A stretch of 64,000 nucleotides of DNA from a virus (Duplodnaviria > Caudoviricetes): the IMG/VR virus record IMGVR_UViG_3300008262_000001. One strand, written 5' to 3'. Under the pieces are notes generated by a model. The model did no database searches, was not told the origin of the DNA, and saw only the letters and a list, made by a program, of their open reading frames with translations. Positions 57,879 through 64,000 of the stretch are shown here, one piece after another (positions within the stretch are counted from its first letter, which is position 1; every line of letters starts with the position of its first letter). The position numbers and the translations under genes are program-made.

Positions 57879-58148
57879 TTAGTTACCTTTTTTTGGAAAA
57901 GTTGCAGAGATATTTGGAATATACTTATTGTTTTTCCTTTTGAATATTTCTCCTCTAACAACGTTTCCGTAGTATTTATCTATCAAATTCCATCCCTCTT
58001 GTAAATCAGTAATATCAGCATCTTCAAGCTTAGAATACTCGTCAATAACTTGTTTAAGTTTTGACATGGCTTCTTCTAATACCTTTTTACTAGGAGAAAG
58101 GTCATACTTGAATGTATGACCTTCCTTTATATTACTGAATTTTTGCAT
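57879..58148 (-). CDS. Hypothetical protein
   Basis: 89-aa ORF in the operon. Confidence 0.68.
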   Translation of the reverse strand: MQKFSNIKEGHTFKYDLSPSKKVLEEAMSKLKQVIDEYSKLEDADITDLQEGWNLIDKYYGNVVRGEIFKRKNNKYIPNISATFPKKGN

Positions 58149-58150
58149 TC

Positions 58151-59719
58151 TTAAAGTTCAGTTCCAAGAGTAACGTTCCATTTTCTTACCAAAGGACCAA
58201 GACATGTTACTATCTTAGTTGCTCTTTCTGGATCGTAATCTCTTTGGTTTTTATCGAATAAGTAAGGGTGATTAGCAGTTAAATTACTTAAAGCTGCTCC
58301 TCCCCATTCAGGTGAACCTACTCTTTGAAGATATGTTGCAAAGTTGCAAACCTCTGTTGGAGTAAGGATCTTTTCTCTACTCATTCTGATGATTCCTGAA
58401 AGGAGAGCGTGAGCATAGTCTGCTCTAGTTTTTCCTTTAGAATCTGTTTTGTCAGGAAGAGGAGCTTTTTCAGGATCGCTGAAAGGAAGAAGTAAATCCT
58501 TAACAGGAATTTCTTTAGCAACTTTATAGAAATCAACAAAAGCAGCTGCTGCTTCATAACCAACTTCAATTTGGAAAGCATTGAGAAGATCCTTATCAGA
58601 AATCTCTTTTACACCTTCACTTTCTAATTCTCTCATTGTTCTTTCCAATCCCACAGCAGCATCAGTCCAAGCTCTTGGCGTTGGGTATTTGATCATCTGT
58701 TTAGAAGGATCTAAGTTGTGGAAATAATCCTGTTGGAAATCCAAGAAATCTAAAAGTTCAGGTAATACAATATCTTTCAATCTGCTACCTTCAATGAATT
58801 TTCTATAAGAAGCAGGAGAAGTAACAAAGTTAACAACAGAGAATCTATCTCTTAAAGCTGTACCCATTGGTTTAACTTCTCTTGGATCATCTTCTGGTCT
58901 GTTACCTGCTGCAACAATATACCATTTCAAAGGAATCTCGTAATTCTGACCAAGTCTTCTAGATTGAGCAAGCTTCATGAAAACTTTGATTACTTCTTGA
59001 GGCATACGATTTAATTCGTCAATAAAGAGTATACCACCCATATTGTCTCTACCATTATCATTCGGAAGAAGGTTTACAGAAACGTTTGCTCTAGTAATAC
59101 CTTTTCCATAAGGATCAGTTTCTGAAGGTTGTGCAATATCTACAACAGAAGGCACACCAGCAAAGTCAACAGGCTCTGCAAATTCACCATCTACAAAAGC
59201 AAGGTTTAATGGTTTACCGTATAATTCTTTTCCAAGTTCGTCACAAACTTGTGCAACGATTTGGGTTTTACCAATACCAGGTGCTCCAAAGATGAAGATT
59301 GGTTTAACATCTCTTGCTCCTTGAGCAGCTGCTTCTGGACTAATATCACCAGCATCGAATTTTTCACCATTTTTCAAGATGTCCTTAAGACGGGTTTTAA
59401 TCATCTTTTTCAATTCCTGTTCTTTAACATCAAGAATATCTTGTGATCTTGGAAATTCCAAAGGAACTTTTGCTTCGTTACTTGCTTCAGCATACGGAGT
59501 GCCTGAGAAAAAATCTAAAAGCTGTGATTCAATTGAACCTTTATCTGGATCAAAAGCCATAGCCATTGGTTTTCCAGCCTTTGGACCGGAAGGAATCATT
59601 TTCATAATTCCAGATTTCAACGCACTCTTTATGGAATCGATCCAACCAGAGATTTTAGATCCGAGTTCCGAAAAATATCCCTCGTTTACGAATTCATTAA
59701 AATTGTAGATCCTTTTCAT
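58151..59719 (-). CDS. MoxR-type AAA+ ATPase
   Basis: Walker A GAPGIGKT, Walker B LFIDELNR, AAGNR, LRDRF. Confidence 0.92.
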   Translation of the reverse strand: MKRIYNFNEFVNEGYFSELGSKISGWIDSIKSALKSGIMKMIPSGPKAGKPMAMAFDPDKGSIESQLLDFFSGTPYAEASNEAKVPLEFPRSQDILDVKEQELKKMIKTRLKDILKNGEKFDAGDISPEAAAQGARDVKPIFIFGAPGIGKTQIVAQVCDELGKELYGKPLNLAFVDGEFAEPVDFAGVPSVVDIAQPSETDPYGKGITRANVSVNLLPNDNGRDNMGGILFIDELNRMPQEVIKVFMKLAQSRRLGQNYEIPLKWYIVAAGNRPEDDPREVKPMGTALRDRFSVVNFVTSPASYRKFIEGSRLKDIVLPELLDFLDFQQDYFHNLDPSKQMIKYPTPRAWTDAAVGLERTMRELESEGVKEISDKDLLNAFQIEVGYEAAAAFVDFYKVAKEIPVKDLLLPFSDPEKAPLPDKTDSKGKTRADYAHALLSGIIRMSREKILTPTEVCNFATYLQRVGSPEWGGAALSNLTANHPYLFDKNQRDYDPERATKIVTCLGPLVRKWNVTLGTEL

Positions 59720-59750
59720 CTATTGTTTTTTATTTATTGTATATATCTTT

Positions 59751-60860
59751 TTAGATAGTATTTACGTCCTTATTAGGTAATGTAATATCAATTCTTCCAC
59801 CAAAAGGAATTTCGTCTGGGAATGGTCTTCCGTTCCAGGTAAGAAGTACCCAAAGACATCGATCTTCGTATTCTCCTATACCATATTCAGAAGCTTTTGG
59901 GAAAGTTGCTTCACCATCTGTGAAATAAATGAAACAAGAAGGATTGATTCCTTTATCTAAAAGATTTTCTTGAGTCCATTTAAATGGAGGATAAAACTCG
60001 GTACCCCCCGATTGTAATTTACCAACTTCTATAGGATCTCCGGGTTGGATATGATCTACTCTATAAATGCTAGTGTGACAGAAAATAACATAAAGATCCT
60101 GTGGAGAATAAGCATCAACTATTGCTTTTGCTTCAGCAAGGAATTGAGCTACCATTTTATCAGATATAGAACCTGATGTGTCAATTGCAATAACAACACA
60201 TTCAAAATCTTCCTTGTATCTTTTGTAACCATATTGTGCTTTACCTTGTGCTAAGAATCTTCTAGCGGGTAAAGCGTATCTTGTTTTAGAGATAGCATTA
60301 TCAATAAAGGTTTCGAGTTCTCTTTTCCAATCAATAACAGGAGCTCTCATTCTATCAAGAGCTGCTCTGATTCCTCCTGGAATTTTTCCTTGTGATTGGG
60401 ACTCTGCAGCAGTTGTGATTTGCTTCCATTCCTCTTTCATCTTCTCATTATCAGTTGGTCCTTCACCTAAAGTTCCAGCAGGCAATACTTCACCTATGAC
60501 TGTTTTTCCTGCTGGCTTTTGCCAAGGTGTAACCTCATAACTGGCCCCAGGAACTTCTGGATCGACTTCTTCCCATCCCTGTCCTTTATCTGTTCCTGAA
60601 CCTGATCCTGATCCCTTAGAAGGTTTTCCTTGGTCGTCTTGACCCTGCTCACCTTTCTTTCCCTTCCCAGATTTTTTATCTTGCTTTTTGTCATCACCTG
60701 GTTTTTCTGGTCCTTCTTGTCCAGGCTGATCTTCTGTTCCTGGTTCGTCAGGTCCTTCACCAAATTGTTCAATATTTTTTGGAGGTTCTCCGCCTTGGCC
60801 ACCGCCTTGGCCACCTTGCTTAGGAACTATTTTTTTAACCTCTGTTATTTTTGCTTTCAT
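59751..60860 (-). CDS. vWA domain protein (DUF2201 C-terminal-like) with a low-complexity N-terminus
   Basis: IDWK..L, MIDAS DTSGS, GGTEF.P.F, YFTDG. Confidence 0.88.
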   Translation of the reverse strand: MKAKITEVKKIVPKQGGQGGGQGGEPPKNIEQFGEGPDEPGTEDQPGQEGPEKPGDDKKQDKKSGKGKKGEQGQDDQGKPSKGSGSGSGTDKGQGWEEVDPEVPGASYEVTPWQKPAGKTVIGEVLPAGTLGEGPTDNEKMKEEWKQITTAAESQSQGKIPGGIRAALDRMRAPVIDWKRELETFIDNAISKTRYALPARRFLAQGKAQYGYKRYKEDFECVVIAIDTSGSISDKMVAQFLAEAKAIVDAYSPQDLYVIFCHTSIYRVDHIQPGDPIEVGKLQSGGTEFYPPFKWTQENLLDKGINPSCFIYFTDGEATFPKASEYGIGEYEDRCLWVLLTWNGRPFPDEIPFGGRIDITLPNKDVNTI

Positions 60861-60866
60861 CTTTTA

Positions 60867-61559
60867 TTACAAATATTTAGAAACTTCAGATTCTGGAATT
60901 GGGTCATATTCTATCTCACCAGATGCTGGATCTATTGATTTAACAACACCATAAGATCCAGACTTAGTATCTCTAATCACATCACCAATTCCAATTTCAG
61001 CATCAGGAGCTTGTCCTGATTGTGGAGGAGTTGGAGGGGGTGGTGTTTTAGCTGATTTTTCAAGCCATTCGTATATTTGCTCTGCTGAAAGATTAACAAA
61101 CTTAGCATCATCAGGATGATATTTACATCCTGGATAAAGTGCCTCTTCAGGCATCTTTCCAACTCCATCGAGTAATTGATTCAAAGCATAGTCAGCAGCA
61201 ACATTCCAAAGATCTGGATCTGGCATTTTTCTAGCAAAGTGAAATAAAACGTTGTGCATTATTTCATGACAAATCACGAATATAATTTCATCTTCAGATT
61301 TTTCAAGAACAAACCCTGGATCATAGTGAATACTAGATCCATCAGTTGCCATGGTTCTAAATCTTAGGTTTCTATTTTCCCTTATTGTTAATTCTGAAAG
61401 AAGCTTTCTAAAGAATGGATATTTAGTGACAATATCAAAACAACAAAGCCTCATCTTTTTAAAGGCATCCTCTGAAATTTGTTTGCCTTTTGGGTCGTCT
61501 ATATCAGCGTAGTTTTGCTCAAAGAGTTGAAATTCTTGCCATCCGAGGAGTCTTTTCAT
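60867..61559 (-). CDS. DUF2201_N-like putative zinc metallopeptidase
   Basis: TMATDG, HEIMH...H, WNVAADYALN. Confidence 0.85.
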   Translation of the reverse strand: MKRLLGWQEFQLFEQNYADIDDPKGKQISEDAFKKMRLCCFDIVTKYPFFRKLLSELTIRENRNLRFRTMATDGSSIHYDPGFVLEKSEDEIIFVICHEIMHNVLFHFARKMPDPDLWNVAADYALNQLLDGVGKMPEEALYPGCKYHPDDAKFVNLSAEQIYEWLEKSAKTPPPPTPPQSGQAPDAEIGIGDVIRDTKSGSYGVVKSIDPASGEIEYDPIPESEVSKYL

Positions 61560-61581
61560 CAGATTTTTATTTTATATATCC

Positions 61582-63585
61582 TTAATCGTTTAACTCTCTT
61601 ACGAATTCGTTGAAAAGAACTGCTATAGGTTTAGGCACACTTGATTTGAATTTTTGGAAATCTGAATTCTGAATATGTGATCTCACTTGACTGTTTTCTG
61701 ACCATCTTGGGGTTTTAAAGATTTCCAATTCCTGACCTCCAAAGTCGTATTTTTTTCTCATCCATTCTCTCTGGAGAATTGTGTTTTCGAAATCTTGTTC
61801 TCCAACACAAACAGATACCGGATTAACCTCATCAATAATAGAATTGATTGCTAACTCTAGAAGTGACTCAGGGATGATTTTATAACCAACAAACAAATCG
61901 TTGTTTTCTGAGATCAGAGATCCAATAGATTTTTTAATTAAATCTTTAGAGAATGGAAATTTAAGCAGTTTTTCATCTGGATGAACAACACACAGGAAAA
62001 TTGGATTTCCGTTTTCCTTCTTAAGTCTTGTACACATCTTTAGGTGTCCATTATTAAATGGCTGAAACTTACCAATTACTAAATTGACTTTTTGCTTCTC
62101 TTCGTTAATGATCTTAATCTTTTTCTTCTCCTTGTTTGTAGAGATAACTTTTTTGAAGTCCTTAAACGAGAAGAATTCAGAAGTGTCCTCTTTTTTCTCC
62201 TCTTCTTTTTCACTTGGTTGTTCTTGTGTATCGACAGAGCTTTCATTAATTTGTTCTTCTACTGGAATATTGTTGTTTTCTACTGCTTCTTCAATCACTT
62301 CTACCACTTCTATTTCTTCATCAGCTTCTTGGGAAACTTTAAATGTGGTTGCTACTTTTTTAAACCACATGAAAGAAGGTACTCCAAGTGATTCCTGAAG
62401 TCTCTCTTTTCTCTTAGCATTAATATAAGCAGCAATCTCTTCCACAACTTTATTGAATTGTTGAATTAATCCTTCAGTAAAGAATCCATGAGGTTTTCTC
62501 TTTAACTTTCTAAATGAATTCAAAATCATTTGCAGAATTTCAGGATAAGCATCATCCTGTTCTATAAGTAAGAGAACATCAGGATCTTGGATAAACTCTT
62601 TGTTTATCGCAAAATTTTCAGATTTAAGGTATTCTGGTTTGTTAAAATCCGTCCCAATGTATTTCTGTCCATTCTTTTCAATGAATCTTTTAAAAACAGA
62701 AAAAACAAAGTTAATATATCTTTCTTCTGGCTCTTCCCCTGTAGCAGGGAAACTCTCCATATTTTCCTCAAGGATAAAATTCATAATGTCTATCAAACAC
62801 AACGAATAGACATCACTAGGAAAATATGTTGAAGCAGCAACCTTTCTATCTTTATTTAGCTCAGAAATTATTGGATCAACAACTTTAGCTAAAACTTCCT
62901 GTTCTCCTTCTTTACCAACAAATCTAAATACTATCGAATCGACTGTCCCTTGTAAATCTTCCCCTAAAGCACTTTTAGAGGCTTTAGGATCGATTAATGA
63001 TATAATGTATTTGGTAAAGCTTTGCGTTCTGAATTTGTCCTTTAAATCCATTATTGGAGTGGAAATAAACTCCAATATTGAAATCTTTTGATCCTGGTCT
63101 AATTTACCTTGAAAAAGAATCGGTGCTTTTTCAACACCAAGTTTATCAGCCCAAGAATCTAACTCCTCCTTATCTTGTATAGATCTAATATTCTCACCAA
63201 ACTCGTCCCTAACTGTGATATGAGTCAGAATAAGGTGATTTCTAGGAATTCTATCGTATTGAATTCTGACTGGTTTCGAATTTGGAAAATAAACCATACC
63301 AAATCTCCAGCCTTGAGGAATTTCTTGTTTTATACTTTCAGGAAGGGATTCTATATAAGTAATAGGTTTTTCATAATAGGTCATTAAAATCCTGTCCACT
63401 CTTGTGATAGGATTGTCTTGATCTTTTTTATAGAAAGAAATGTTATCACCTATGAAATCCTTTTCAAACGAAAAAGCAGAACCATCAAGATTTTCTGTGA
63501 TAGTCACATCATCCTTGAAAAGCTTTTCCACAAAGTCCTTGCCCTGTTTTTCGTAAATATCTGCTAGATTTTTTATTCCTGACAT
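61582..63585 (-). CDS. Fusion of an RNA-ligase-like fold with degenerate motifs and a HIGH-type nucleotidyltransferase-like domain
   Basis: TENLDGS where KxDG is expected; PILFQG; C-terminal GKFQPFNNGH, VCVGE, SQVR. Confidence 0.7.
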   Translation of the reverse strand: MSGIKNLADIYEKQGKDFVEKLFKDDVTITENLDGSAFSFEKDFIGDNISFYKKDQDNPITRVDRILMTYYEKPITYIESLPESIKQEIPQGWRFGMVYFPNSKPVRIQYDRIPRNHLILTHITVRDEFGENIRSIQDKEELDSWADKLGVEKAPILFQGKLDQDQKISILEFISTPIMDLKDKFRTQSFTKYIISLIDPKASKSALGEDLQGTVDSIVFRFVGKEGEQEVLAKVVDPIISELNKDRKVAASTYFPSDVYSLCLIDIMNFILEENMESFPATGEEPEERYINFVFSVFKRFIEKNGQKYIGTDFNKPEYLKSENFAINKEFIQDPDVLLLIEQDDAYPEILQMILNSFRKLKRKPHGFFTEGLIQQFNKVVEEIAAYINAKRKERLQESLGVPSFMWFKKVATTFKVSQEADEEIEVVEVIEEAVENNNIPVEEQINESSVDTQEQPSEKEEEKKEDTSEFFSFKDFKKVISTNKEKKKIKIINEEKQKVNLVIGKFQPFNNGHLKMCTRLKKENGNPIFLCVVHPDEKLLKFPFSKDLIKKSIGSLISENNDLFVGYKIIPESLLELAINSIIDEVNPVSVCVGEQDFENTILQREWMRKKYDFGGQELEIFKTPRWSENSQVRSHIQNSDFQKFKSSVPKPIAVLFNEFVRELND

Positions 63586-63589
63586 CTCT

Positions 63590-64000
63590 TTAATTTAATG
63601 AATAAACGAATTTATCTTTTTTATATCTGAAAATTGTAAAAGATCCAACTTTCAAACTTTTTTCAGGAACAAAATCTGATAAAATAGCATATGATTCTAA
63701 AATCTTAAGAATTTGCTTCACTAAAATAGCAGATCTATATCTCAAATTTGTATCTGAAACCAGAGAGTATAAAATACCTAGATAATCTTCTAAGTTGTTT
63801 TTACTTTCCGGTGTAATCAAGGCTTTGAAAACTTCGTTTTCAATCTTTTCAATTTCCTGATTATCTATAACAATGCTCCAATCTCCCTGCTCGTTCTTAT
63901 AAAATTCCCCTTTTTGTCCTAATAGTGTGTTGAATTTAACGGAATCTCCTATCGGAAAAATTGAAGTGATTTGTCCTCCGATATAATGTTGCAACACATG
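63590..64000 (-). CDS. Hypothetical protein, N-terminus probably outside the window
   Basis: The frame remains open at the window edge. Confidence 0.6.
   Translation of the reverse strand, partial: HVLQHYIGGQITSIFPIGDSVKFNTLLGQKGEFYKNEQGDWSIVIDNQEIEKIENEVFKALITPESKNNLEDYLGILYSLVSDTNLRYRSAILVKQILKILESYAILSDFVPEKSLKVGSFTIFRYKKDKFVYSLN

Noticed and set aside
60861-60869. Stop-codon readthrough fusing the peptidase and vWA genes
   Set aside because: Two consecutive TAA codons make readthrough unlikely
5028-63387. Numerous antisense or out-of-frame ORFs in the track (for example 5028..5441, 13613..13798, 26623..26868, 33579..33896, 43428..43820, 60494..60814, 62084..62398)
   Set aside because: They are shadows of well-supported genes, with no motifs, leaders or promoters
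1-64000. Alternative genetic code (stop reassignment) as in some large phages
   Set aside because: Long conserved genes are intact under code 11, and TAA, TAG and TGA all terminate genes at expected positions

Overview
AT-rich, gene-dense segment of a large T4-like (jumbo-type) dsDNA phage genome, read with the standard genetic code. The host is probably Bacteroidota: TAnnTTTG promoter boxes, A-rich leaders without Shine-Dalgarno sites, a DUF4494-like gene, a short-LID adenylate kinase and a tmRNA that resumes on GGC. Replication and nucleotide genes: a family B DNA polymerase in three pieces, a sliding-clamp-like gene, type IIA topoisomerase subunits, nrdA/nrdB, dUTPase-like and adk. Repair and mutagenesis: umuDC-like, uvsE and an HhH-GPD glycosylase. 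Proteostasis: dnaJ, Hsp20, ClpP-like and a MoxR AAA/vWA/metallopeptidase trio. Also present are RNA-repair enzymes, three cell-wall enzymes, a holin-like gene and DUF285 repeat proteins. Main points: (1) two neighbouring 'fractured' essential genes (PolB and the topoisomerase A subunit), each with a split intein flanking a free-standing endonuclease that has its own late-promoter motif; (2) a complete tmRNA with an apparent 35-residue tag, next to a catalytically dead UmuD, UmuC and ClpP; (3) a 121-nt tRNA-like RNA whose anticodon loop is replaced by a branched insert; (4) about 19 proteins with T4 capsid-targeting-like leaders, four of which also share a C-terminal G-[AS]-x-x-[LI]-[KT]-R-[FL] motif; (5) a pseudo-ligase/nucleotidyltransferase fusion. 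All calls come from manual motif recognition; no database searches were run.
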